From Eledone cirrhosa (Eukaryota), in contig OZ024745.1 in NCBI GenBank assembly GCA_964016885.1, forward strand, positions 13,454,001 through 13,518,000: a stretch of 64,000 nucleotides of DNA. The letters are read 5' to 3'. Below the pieces are notes generated by a model. The model saw only the letters and a list, made by a program, of their open reading frames with translations, was not told where the DNA came from and made no database searches. The position numbers were made by a program, and so were the translations under genes. This document shows, piece after piece, positions 48,903 to 60,639 of this stretch. How positions within the stretch are numbered: position 1 is the stretch's first letter; every line of letters starts with the position of its first letter.

Positions 48903-51900
48903 TATTATTATTCTTTGAGTCTCAGTCATTGATGTTAGTTAACTGGAAAGTTTGTTGAAATGAATATCAAGCCACTACCTGCAGCCTCAGATATTCAGGA
49001 CGTATCGGAGGGTTCTTGCTGTTCCCAGCAAGCATGCCTTTTGAAGCGTTCCAAAAAGCGTGGCGGGGCCAATTTTCTTTAACCATCCCTGAAAACTTTT
49101 TGAGATAGTACCTAGTGCGCCTATGACAATCGGGATCACTTTGACTTCATGGCAGTTCCAAATCCTTTTTACCTCCCACTTTAAGTTCTGGTATCGGTTA
49201 ATTTTCTCCCTCTCCTTCTCTTGCACTCTCGTGTCGAATGGGCAGGCCACATCCACAATCAGGCACGATCTTTTTTCTTTGTCCAAAACCACCAGGTCAG
49301 GTCTATTGTGTTCCAGTTTCTTGTCCGTCTGTATCCTAAAATCCCACAGCACCTTCACCTGATCATTTTCTATCACCGACTCTGGCTTATGCTCATACCA
49401 CTTCTCAGAATGTTTACTTTGCATAGGTGCCAGTGGATCACCCTGCCCATCACATCATGTCTCCAGCCCTTATAGTGAGTCTGGGCTAGGTGTTTACACT
49501 CGGATACAATGTGAGCCACAGTCTCCTCTCTCTCTCCACAGATCCTGCACAGTGGGCTAGCCTCCTCCTTGTAAATATGGTGTTTCAACCACTTCGTTTT
49601 GAGGGCCTGCTCTTGCGCAGCCATTAACATTCCTTCTCTAGCCTTTTTAAGGTCTCCTCTTTTCAACCAGTTCCATGTCTGTGGATCTCTGAATTCAGTT
49701 TCTCAAAGAAGGTACTATGAAGGGATGTTTCATGAAGGCTGCTCTTTCTCCTTGATGTTATTTCCTCCTTGGACATCCCCTGGTCTATTGTCCTCTCCTT
49801 CAGTACAGTTCTGAGCATTGGCTCCTTACTATCAGTCACGTATTTGTGTAGGTTGTTTTTCTCTATCTGAACACAGTCCTCTATGCTGATAAGACCTCTT
49901 CCACCTTCAGATCTCCTTAAGTAGAGTCTATCGACATCACTCCTCTTGTGGAACATGTAGTAGATAGTCAATAGCTTCCTAGTCTTCCTATCCATTTCTT
50001 TTTGTTCAGCAACATTCCATCTCAGAATTCCCGCACTGTACCTAATAATAGACATAGCTCGGGAATTTACTGCACTTATGGCATTCCTACCTTTCAGATG
50101 TGACTTTAATACGCTCCTTACTCTTCGAATGTATTCAGTTCTTATCAATTCCTTCATTTTTTTGTTCTTGATGTCATCAGCCTCCAGAACACCCAAATAC
50201 TTGTATCCTTCTTCAGTGTCAATTTCCTTTATCATCTTACCTGTTGGTACCTGGATTCCGTTACTTCTGCTCAATTTACCCCTCTTCGTTACAAGGACTC
50301 CACACTTACTAATACCAAATTGCATACATATATCATTGCTGAAAATACGGACAGTGTCAACAAGCACATCCAACTCCTTCTCACTCTTCCCGAAGAGCTT
50401 AAGATCGTCCATGAAGAGGAGGTGATTGATGGTAAGCCCTCCCTTTCCCAACCTGTATCCTGCTCTCACTTTTCGCATTATACTGGTCAGGGGCATCAGG
50501 GCAAGGACAAACAACAGAGGGGACAGACTATCTCCCTGGAAGATACCTCTCTTGATCTTCACGCTTCCCAAGGATTCTCCAACTGATGTTAACTCTGTTT
50601 CCCAGGACTTCATACTTTTGCCCAACAACTGTCTGATGTTATCTGCCACCCTGAAGATCTCCAGGCTTTTGGTGATCCAAGAGGCACCATGTCAAATGCC
50701 TTTTTGTAGTCTATCCTTCCTCTTGCAATTCCTCATTACCATCTTATCAATAAGTAACTGGTCCTTTGTATCACGGGACTTCTTTCGGCATCCTTTCTGT
50801 TCGTCCGGTAACAAGTTGTTTGTGTGGAGGTGATGGTAGATTTCCTCAGACATAATGCTTGTCAACAGTTTCCACATTACGGACAGACATGTGATAGGTC
50901 TATAGTTGGTAACATCATTACCCTTGATTCGGTCTTTCATTATCAGAACTGTGGTACCTTTTGTCAACCACTCTGGTACCTCACCTGACATCAAGCAGTC
51001 ATTGAACATGGTTGTCAGTTTCGGGTGGAGGGATGTTATATTTTTTACCCCATACCCCTGCACACCATCTGGGCCTGGTGATTTCCAGTTGGTTAGTTTT
51101 TTGGCCTGCCCCTTAAGAGTTTCAACTGTGATACTCAAATCAGTTTGTTGATGTGCCTGTTCACTAATCTCCTTCTGTACTGTCTCAATCCACACTGCCT
51201 GGTCATTATGTTTAACATCCTGCTCCCATATTCCTCTCCAGAATGTTTTAGTTTGTTCCGCCTCAGGGATCAAGTCGTTGCCTCTTTCTTTCCCTTCAAG
51301 CTGTCCAAACAGCATCTTCTGGTTGTTGTCAAACATGCGGTTCTGTCTATACTGACTGACTCTGTTCTCGTATCGCCTGATTTTTGCACTCTTTGCTACA
51401 ATGCGTTGCTTCAGTTCCTCTATGATAATATTTAGCTTTTTCCTCCTACTGTTGTACTTTATTTCCAGTCTATTTTTAGTGTCTATGTTTTTTAGTGTCC
51501 CATTCAGTAGGGACTCAAGCTTTCCAATGTCATTTCTCATTTCCCTGATTTGACCACTCAGTCGTTTCTTCCACCAAGGCTCACATCTTTCTTGTTTGTT
51601 ATTTCCTCTCGCTTTTATACCAAGTAATTTCCTCACCGTATTTGCTGTTGCTTTGAGGATATTGTTGCACTGGTGAAGACTCCTCGCCTCAAGGTATGGG
51701 ATGACTTTGTTTACCTTAGCTGTTGTTTCTTTTAACTTTTTCCTGTCTACAAATCTTAGGTTCATAGGTTTCCCACTATCATTGTTCAATTCATCTACCA
51801 CTAAGTTTAGGATATCAACCAAATCTTGTCCTAGCCCGTCAGCATTCATCTCCTCAGTGGCCGTATCTCTGTTCCAGGTATTATTTATTTCAGCATTCAG

Positions 51901-52440
51901 ATCATTGTCTGCTTCGGGTGGTTCCTCCGTTCTCTCGACCTCTTCACCTTCATTTCCCACTGGCTCGTTTGCCTGGCATACTCCACTCCTCATTTCCAAG
52001 CTAATCTCTCTGCTCAGTTCCAGCTCGCTTATCCACCCATTAGTTCTTATTACCCGAGCCTGCCCGGCCAATTTCTGTTCATCCAATTTAAATAGACCAA
52101 TCTCGTTCCAGATGTTATGCATCCGTTTCCTATAGCCTTTCTCCTTGGGGTTACTCTTCAGGTAACATTGCATAACAGTTCTATTCAATTCTTTCGTCCA
52201 GTTGGTTCTGGTCCCTTTCCTTCTTCTTCTTCCTCCGACACCAGCAGTATTTGATTGACAGCCAGGTCCCTGCTGCTGAGCCAGGGAGCACCTGTTGGGT
52301 GAGAGTCTGTCACATGACATTCTAGTCTCCACTTCACTGTTATTCAAACTGTTTAGGTTCGACATTTAAACACTCTTATCGAGGATTGGCGAATGTATAA
52401 CCACCGCTGATTTCATCACCTCCGGTGATTTCGTCACTCC
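48903..52440 (-). mobile_element. R4/Dong-like element F, near full-length, frameshifted, same family as E
   Basis: ORFs 50692-52365, 49663-50649, 49373-49666 and 48987-49424; short (TAA)n tail at 48902-48911; 5' boundary approximate. Confidence 0.92.
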
Positions 52441-53117
52441 CGGTGATTTGTGTGTGGCATTATCACGCTGTAGACAAACATAAATAAACAAACAAACAAA
52501 CAGGCAAAAAAAAACCCAAAATGAATAAGCATAAGTTTCATTGTAATGTAATGTTTGAATGTCTGACTTAGTTTTTCCTTTCCCTTCTCTGTCTGTCTGT
52601 TTGTTTTTCTCTTCATTTTTCTTTTCTTTACGTTTTTCGTTGTTGCTGTGCTGCTTTGATTTTGATTTTGTTTTTTTGATTTTGACCGGGTCATCAATTC
52701 AGTCTATTTATATATTTTGATGCCTTCCTCTTTTAGTGGGGACACTACGATGTAGCAGGAGGTAGTGGGAGAGAATAGCGGCGGTAGTGATAATGAGGCA
52801 GTGGTGGTGGTGGTGGTGGTGGTGGTACTGTGCTAGTAGTACCTAGCAGGAGGTAGTGGGAGAGAATAGCGGCGGTAGCGATAATGAGGCAGTGGTGGTG
52901 GTGATGTGATCGTAGTACTGTAGTGATGGTGTTGAAGTTGAAGTAGAAATAGAGGTTGAGGCAACTTGACCAGAGTTTTTAGCGTGGTAGTGGTGGTGGT
53001 GGTGTTGGTGGTGAAATTATCTTTAGCTATTTAGCTATTTAGTCATTTTGCCATTTTCCTCCTTTTCGACTCCAACATTCCTGATCCAAAATTAAATATT
53101 AATATTGTTTATTAATA

Positions 53118-53408
53118 TTGTCTAGTGATACCGCCACCTTCCCCTTTCGTAAGTTAACAGAAGGTAATGGGGGAACAGCGGTGGTAGCAATGAAGGAGTG
53201 GTGGCGGCGGTGATGGGATAGTGGTAGCAATGATTGATGGGTGGTGGCGGTGGTGACTATAGTGATGGCGTTGTCGTTACTGAGTTTTGTTGAATAGACT
53301 GTAGTTTTGTTTGATCGGTGAATCTATGCGGTTAGTCGCGAATGTTTAATATATGTGTTGACATATTTTCTTAATATTGGAATTAAACATTTTGTGAAAA
53401 CTTGAGAC
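53118..53408 (+). repeat. Diverged direct duplicate of 45808-46071
   Basis: Shared TTGTCTAGTGATACCGCCACCTTCCCCTTTC ... AAAACTTGAGAC. Confidence 0.85.
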
Positions 53409-53732
53409 TCCCAGCATTTTGTTGAAAGATGGGTGAGAGAAGCAAGTATGGCCCGAATGAATGGGCCTTCTCTGAGTATGTGTCTGTAAATTAAAGGTGG
53501 AAAACTGGGAGAGGGCACTTGCCCTGGTGGTCAGGGTCACTGTGGTCTTTTAATGGGCTTTCTCCACATATGTCCCTCGGAAGTCTCCCCCCTATTGGGG
53601 AATTTTTCTTTGTTATTTTATTTCATCCTCTGTTTTTTTTACACGCAGAAATGCCTATTTGTACCGTCCTGTATTGTCCTGTACTGTCCTTAATGTCTAC
53701 TTTATGTAAACCCTTGTGGTTAATAAAGAAAA

Positions 53733-53733
<1 letters not shown>
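53409..53733 (+). mobile_element. 5'-truncated copy of the Tx1 element C 3' end
   Basis: Near-identical to about 41150-41473; followed by (TTA)n. Confidence 0.92.
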
Positions 53734-53781
<48 letters not shown>

Positions 53782-53899
53782 GCCCCCCCCCAACTTCCCT
53801 CATCATCATCATCAACAATTTTCTATCACTTCCCCAACATTAATCCCGCCACTACAACACTCACTACAGCCAATCAGTTATACTACTGTCTCCCCTTAG

Positions 53900-54392
53900 C
53901 AACCACCACTATATACCACTACCACTACTATATCACCACTACTACCATCACCACTACCACTACTACCATCACCACTACCACTACTACCACCACCACTATA
54001 TACCACTACCACTACTACCATCACCACTACCATCACCACTACAACTACTACCATCACCACTACCTCTATATAACCACTACCCCTACTACCATTACCACTA
54101 CCTCTATATAACCACTACCACTACTACCATCACCACTACCATCATCACTACCACCACTACCATCACCACTACCTCTATATAACCACTACCACTACTACCA
54201 TCACCACTACCATCACCACTACAACTACTACCATCACCACTACCTCTATATAACCACTACCACTACTACCATCACCACTACCATCACCACTACCACCACT
54301 ACCATCACCACTACCTCTATATAACCACTACCACTACTACCATCACCACTACCATCACCACTACTACTATCTTCACTCTCACTACTACCATC
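53900..54392. repeat. (CACTAC/CATCAC)-based simple repeat with recurring CTCTATATAA unit
   Basis: Direct inspection. Confidence 0.9.
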
Positions 54393-54743
54393 ATTGATGG
54401 TGAGGTTGTTGATGATGGCGGTGGGTGTCTTGTCAATGAGGGTATGTGTGTGTGTGGGGGGGGGGGGGGGTTTATATATATAATTCGTTAGTGTCTCTCC
54501 AGGAACATGTATATTTATATTGAAGATATTGTAATGGTTGCCGCTGTTGTTGAAGACAATGTAAGGAGGATGTGATTATATTGCGGGGGGGGGGGTCGTT
54601 AAGTGCAGATTAGAAATAGAACAGTGGAAACTAGAGTAAAGAAAAGCACCTGTTTACACTTTTACCTTATATTGCAATGTATCGTATACTAAAATATATA
54701 GGTAAAGTTTGTAGATCTTGATTGTCATTTTAATACTGACGAC

Positions 54744-54774
<31 letters not shown>

Positions 54775-54779
<5 letters not shown>

Positions 54780-55150
54780 AACGAGTAGGACCCCGACGGC
54801 TGAGCTCAAGCCGTTTCGACGGCTAATTCTGGACTAAATGAAAATTTTTATCCTGGTATATGAATAGCCGAGCTTCCACAAATTGCCATGATAGAATTAT
54901 GTGTCTCAACAACAAACTTTTGACCAATCCTTGTGACAATCACTTTTACCATATATGGAATTACCCCCTGAGAAGCTCGGCTATTCATATACCAGGATAA
55001 AAATGTTCATTTAGTCCAGAATTAGCCGTCGAAATGGCTTGAGCTCAGCCGTCGGGGTCCTACTCGTTCCTATTACCCACTCTACTACCCTAAGTATTGA
55101 GTACTTTGGTGCGTTATGGTCCACCTGGTTCCTTACCACATTTCCTTCGT
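54775..55150 (+). mobile_element. Fold-back element (102-bp arms 54775-54876 and 54972-55073), probably Penelope pLTR-derived
   Basis: Arms differ at 2 positions; (TA)n on both sides; contains a hammerhead. Confidence 0.8.
54963..55058 (+). ncRNA. Type I hammerhead ribozyme with one lesion in the CUGANGA box
   Basis: Stem I ACCCC/GGGGT; CTGAGAA; stem II CGGCTA/TAGCCG; GAAA; stem III (C/T)GGCT/AGCCG; GUC site. Confidence 0.75.
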
Positions 55151-55176
55151 TATATATATATATATATATATATATA

Positions 55177-55374
55177 GTGGTGGAACACTGGAAGGTAATA
55201 TCCGTAGTGATAGAGCACTCAGTCCATGGGACGAGTTAGGTAGAAGTGGTTACACAACAGTTAGTTCACCATACCGAGAACAATTGTTTCACCTTAGCGG
55301 ATCCTCAGCTAAGGTTCCGCTAAGGTGAAACAATTGTTCTCGGTATGGTGAACTAACTGTTGTGTAACCACTTC

Positions 55375-55376
<2 letters not shown>
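55177..55376 (-). mobile_element. Fold-back element with perfect 61-bp arms (55241-55301 and 55316-55376)
   Basis: Exact reverse complement with a 14-nt loop; (TA)n on both sides. Confidence 0.82.
55273..55315 (-). ncRNA. Minimal hammerhead ribozyme candidate
   Basis: Minus strand: ACCTTAG-CTGAGGA-TCCGCTAAGGT-GAAA-CAATTG-TT-CTCGGT; palindromic stem III ACAATTGT; weak stems I and II. Confidence 0.65.
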
Positions 55377-55419
<43 letters not shown>

Positions 55420-55423
<4 letters not shown>

Positions 55424-55578
55424 ATAATAATAGAGTTGAAGACCAAAATCCAAAGAGGGCTCGATAAGGATAAATATATATCAAATATATAAGAACCGTA
55501 GAGCAAACATTTATTAAAATAACAGATTAAAGTTTAAGCAAAGAATTTGCGTAAACTTTAATCTGTTATTTTAATAAA

Positions 55579-55580
<2 letters not shown>
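55420..55580 (-). mobile_element. Fold-back fragment (29-bp arms 55508-55536 and 55552-55580), same family as 28300-28460
   Basis: 55435-55507 is the near reverse complement of about 28375-28447. Confidence 0.78.
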
Positions 55581-55612
<32 letters not shown>

Positions 55613-55619
55613 TCAGCTT

Positions 55620-56230
55620 CTACTACAACGTAATATAATATCTGTATACAAATACAACGGTGGGTCCACCCACAGCCCCGGTGGACAGAATGGAGAAGGC
55701 GTTTCCCCGGAGGACGGCAAGGGAGACGCGCTGGAAAGGCCACTCCAACTCGCGGGGCTCACACCTGGGGCTGGCCAGCTCAGCGCCTATGGTGGTGAGT
55801 AAGGAGGTAGCCCTGGGGCCGAGGACACCAGAAGTCTCCACTGCCAGGGGTACGACCACAAACCTGTCGGAGAGCGACCGGTATTTGAGGAGTTTGGCCC
55901 CCTCAGTCCGACGTGCAGCAGAACCTGGGTCAGTCGCAGACTGCACCAGGTTGCGGCTGCAGAAAGTGTCGGTGCAAGTGGCATCCCAGACGAGGGGTTT
56001 GCCACCACGCAACGGGAAGATGGTCATGCCATCTGGCCTTTTGCTGTCCCCTCGATCCAGTCCCACCGGCTCGAGCTGGGAAGGGAAGCCTGCAGCATCC
56101 AAGCCATGCTTATGACCTCGCTGAGGGCAGCATGGCGTGGAATGCGGCTGGCACTGTGGTGACAGGAAAGCGGGTGGAGGCCGAAAGAGTCCACGGTGGA
56201 ACCGCAGCGACATTGGTGTGGCTGGCAGAT
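55620..56230 (-). mobile_element. CRE-clade-like non-LTR 3' fragment (RLE domain)
   Basis: [51 protein letters not shown]; 3' end at (TA)n; short duplicate at about 56470-56512. Confidence 0.82.
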
Positions 56231-57211
56231 CCGGAAACAGACTCAGGGAAACACCGATTCGCAGGCTATAGTGTGTTCGTTTTTTACGCGAAGATGTGTT
56301 CGTGAACGCGGTGCGTTAAGCAAATTCGCGTAATGCAAGTCTAATTGCATAGTAAGAACCTTTGTTAAGTTATGTTCCAAACACCAACTTAATAATACAT
56401 CAGAGTGTGAGTGATGCGTGTCTTGGATGTACATGATAAAATGACAAGTCAGTTAATCATATTGATGGCCACTCCACAACCCCGGCGGACAGAATGGAGA
56501 AGGCGTTTCCCCACATCATAATTCTGATGAATAAAAAAATTTAAAACCACACGCGTTATAGCGTGTTATTCGCGTAAACTGAATATTTAATGATATTTTT
56601 TTCAAGAGGCGTTAAAACGAATCAGCGACTTCAAGTTGGAGTAAAAAGCGAACAGACTGTATATAATAGATTTACAAGACAAAAACGGAGTTTTGGAGTT
56701 ACCTTTCGACATGCTAGAAACAGCAACTAAATCTCACTCACACCTGACTTTATTATCTAAAGGAAGTAAACGTTTGATAATATATTCCAATCTAACCCAT
56801 GCTAGCATGGAGAATGGGCGTTAAACGATGATGATGATGATGATGATGATGATGATATACTACACCTGGAAGAAGGGTGACCTGGAGCTAAACAACAACA
56901 GCTACAACAACACTAATTTAGTCAACAAGAAAGTCTATGAATACGAAATAACAACCAAGTTTGCCTCAAACTACACTTTATATCTTAGAAAGAAAAGATA
57001 CATTGTATAATAAAGTCTAGATAGATTATGTCTCAAATGTCTTCTAAGGGGGGTAAGTCTGGTTAAACAACTAATATTTTTAGTTGTCAAGTTTCCAGTA
57101 TTTGGTCCTCATATCTTCTTTAGTCTAAATATATTCAGATATCTTCATATTTCTCTTAATCTACCGATACCTTACATTCTTTACCAAATACTTTTACTAA
57201 TACAAATATTG

Positions 57212-57345
57212 GTTTTTATTTAGGTAAAAAGACTAAGTACCGGGGGGAGGGGAAAATCGATTAAATCGACACAAAACGTAAAAGGACGTAACTCTATACC
57301 ATAAAGTCCGACGCTCTACTGATTCTACTGCCAATCTACGGTCCT
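57212..57345 (-). mobile_element. Internally deleted SINE with 20-bp TSD
   Basis: TTTTACTAATACAAATATTG at 57192-57211 and 57346-57365. Confidence 0.75.
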
Positions 57346-58409
57346 TTTTACTAATACAAATATTGATCTCTATTTTAATTGACATTCATAAATACAGAAA
57401 TGATGAGCATTGCTGCTAATTCCGTTACAAATTCTTTCTGGTTCTGTTTTTAACAAGGAACCTTCTAGGATTTCTACAAAATCTTCTTCATATCGTCGTC
57501 CACTTTCGGTGTACAATACCTGTAGAAAGCGGAGTTATTACAAACACATAACAAACGTGATTAAATATCAATTGAGAAACAAACAAACGAAATCTTCGGT
57601 GGATATGTTTCCACTAATTTAAAATATGAAATAGAAGGAGAAAGAAGGAGAGAGATTTCGTTTAACATGTAATCTGGTCGCGTGATCTACTTAGTACCGA
57701 CAAGAAGACCAGCGGACATTGTAGATCACATGGAGCTTCTGTGTGGTTGTTTGACCACCTAGAAAGACAACAATCATCCCTCGTATTAGGGGAATAGCTA
57801 CCGTTGAAAAATTGTTGATCTGCTTGATTAGAGCCGACCTGGGGCTAAATAATATCATCAAAAGCCACCACATCAACTACTACAGCTACTACTACAACAT
57901 CAAGTGGGGAATAAAAAGGAGAGAATTTGTTTTAAGCGAATATATTTTATATTTGTATAAACCTCTCATTTTTCTCACTAAATTTTTTTAACCAATGTTC
58001 TAGAAAATATTCCAATTTATAACTACTATAATTATTATTTTTCTTATTATTCAATGTTAAGAATGATTAAAAATTATTGTTGTTGTTGTTATTATCATCA
58101 TCATCAACAACATCATCGCAAATGCACGCAAGAAACCAAATACGTGGACAATAAACAAAAATAAATAAACATCTGTATGAAATTTAAAAAAAAAAGATAA
58201 TATTACAGTTGAGTGTTTTAGATATGTGATGGGTTGGTAATGAAAACTTAACAATTATAAATTTCAATTAAAATTTCAGATGTTGGAGAGAGAGAGGACT
58301 GAGTGAGTGAGAAAAAGAGAGACAGACCGAGTGAGAAAGAGAGAAGGGGTAGAGAGAGAAAAAAGTGAGAGACTGAGTGAGAAAGAGAGAGAGAGAGAAA
58401 GGGGTGGAC

Positions 58410-58543
58410 AGAGAGGGGTATTATAAAATTTGGTTCTCTGTGTACGGTGTCTTAACTGAACGTTATGTCTTCTGTTGACGAGAATTATTGCTGTAATGTT
58501 CGTTACATGACATCATTAATGGTAAAACAGGAAATAGAAATAC
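58410..58543 (+). promoter_or_regulatory. Conserved 134-bp element, copy 2: TATAAAA (58422-58428), hairpin (58446-58514), ATG-GTAAAA
   Basis: 132/134 identity to the inverted copy at 25476-25609; promoter role is inferred. Confidence 0.45.
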
Positions 58544-58984
58544 TGAGAGTGAATTGATTATTGAGAAGCAGGGCGGAGGTCAGTCGATATATCGGGCCCG
58601 GGTGGCCAGAGAAGGACACGTGAATATCAGACCCTACTTTCTGAAGTAAACCCTCAACCATCTTTAATTATTAGACGAGATGTCCTTCCTCCGAGGGACC
58701 TGGAAGTTATCTATACTGTGAACACAATCAATAGATTATTCTAAGTTCTTTTACAATATCGAAGTAGGACACAACATATATAAGGGGGCCGGCAGCGAAC
58801 GGTCGGGGCCGAACAGAGGCCAGTAACTCTTCTACTACGTTCTATCTTCTAGTAAAACAAGAAACAGAATTCTTCTTCTTCTTCCTCTCCTCCTCATCCT
58901 CCACCCCCTCCTCATACCCTTCCAAGGTTTCAACTGATCATCTGTTGCTCATGGTGATTTCATCCCGAATTTTCAACTTTGCAG

Positions 58985-59620
58985 AAAATTGTTGGCCTTG
59001 TACCTAAATGAGAACCCATTATTTTGTCAACTTTGCCTTTCATCCTTACGGGGTCGATAAAATAAAGTACCAGTAATGTACTGCTAATTGCTGGCCTTGT
59101 GCCTAAAGTAGAAACAATTATTTTGTCAGGGAGGGAAGAGACGTGTTCGTGGGTCTTTTCAGAACTCACGCGACTGATGGGAGAGAATAAGGAACGTTTC
59201 TTAAACTGAACAGGTGACCTTAATGCTTGCAAGAAAATGAACTCTAGTAAAGGCGCTCAAATGTCAGGTGAAAGTGTTAAACTAGGTGGCAGGTTAAGTC
59301 TGCTACTTAAGTAAGCCGCAGCGGGATTTTGAACTCTGAACGCAAAGAGCCGGAAGAAATATCACACGGTCTCTCATCCAACGCCCTAACAATTGCACCA
59401 AACCTCCACCCTAAACTGGTGCATTATTTTGTCGACCTCGAAAGAGTGAGACAGAGAGAGAGAGAGAATCGGCCCTAGTACTTGACTGGTACGACCTCGA
59501 ATGAATGAAAGGTAAAGTTGACCTCGGCAACATTTGAACTGAGAGAGTAAGGAGCCAAAACAAATACCACAAATTACTCTATCTGACGTTCTTACAACTC
59601 TGCCAATTCGTCGCCATTGT
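58985..59620. mobile_element. Cluster of partial family-1 SINEs in both orientations
   Basis: Core motif at 59025-59120 (+); degenerate copies at 59320-59615 (-). Confidence 0.7.
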
Positions 59621-59699
59621 ATGTGTGTGTGTGACAGCTCACACCTATGCAGGTTTAGCTGGCCTCCTCCAAGGTATATCTCGTTGGAGGTGTCTTGGG

Positions 59700-59876
59700 T
59701 AATTTAATGATAGGGACCCCAGTCTTATCATCTCATTTCTATAGCTGAGTAAACTGGAGCAAGGTGAAATAAAGTGTCTTGCTCAAGGGAACAACACATC
59801 ACCCGGTCCGAGAACTGAACTCACAACCTTTCGATTGCAAGCCCAATGCTCTAACCACCAAGCCATGCGCCTTCAC
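59700..59876 (-). mobile_element. CORE/MIR-like tRNA SINE (family 2)
   Basis: tRNA-like head on minus (GGCGCATGGCTTGGTGGTTAGAGC) and AAGTGTCTTGCTCAAGG core. Confidence 0.75.
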
Positions 59877-60204
59877 TGTCGCCATTAAACTAAGTAAAAG
59901 ATTACCAAAGAAACAAAATATATTTTTATAAACATTTAAGGGCGCAGGTCCTAATTCCGGAAATTGGGACCTTCACACATTTGATCTGAATGGGGTAGAT
60001 GGAATGTTTGCGGGTGTTGATGACAGAAATATCCAATTTCTGGTAGTGGTGGTGGTGGTGGTGGGGGGGGGGTTTACCGAAGACACACGCGTAATATTTA
60101 CTTTTTATAACATGTTTTATTGGTTTGTCTGATAAACACACTAAACATGGACTGTATTAAGGACATACATACTATCTGAAGGACATGCATGCTATCACCT
60201 TGCC

Positions 60205-60320
60205 ATTCTGAGTTCAAATCCCACCGAGGTTAACTTTGCCTTTCATCCTTACGGGGTCGATAAAATAAAGTACCAGTAATGTACTGGATAATTGCTGGCC
60301 TTGTGCCAAAAGTAGAAACA
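60205..60320 (+). mobile_element. Family-1 SINE lacking its 5' end
   Basis: GAGTTCAAATCCCACCGAGGTTAACTTTGCCTTTCATCCTTACGGGGTCG. Confidence 0.85.
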
Positions 60321-60639
60321 AATATATTATTTATCATTAATTGTGACTGCTTATTTCGAAATGATATCTCAAAAACATCGTCTAGATTCGCCTCTCATTA
60401 TTGATAACAAACATTATATAACATCGTTGTTTACATTTACATTTTCCTACAATCAACAATAATCAAGATTCGATATTCGCTGATTTGTTCTTCAGCCAAT
60501 AAAAAGACAGAAAATGATAATAAAAAACCTGCACCAATTTCTTATTTCAAAAGTTCTTATTTCTTATTGATTCCAGTTGAGAGGTTCTGTCTGTAAGTCA
60601 ACTCTGATTAACAGTTATGTCACTAATTCATCTATATTG

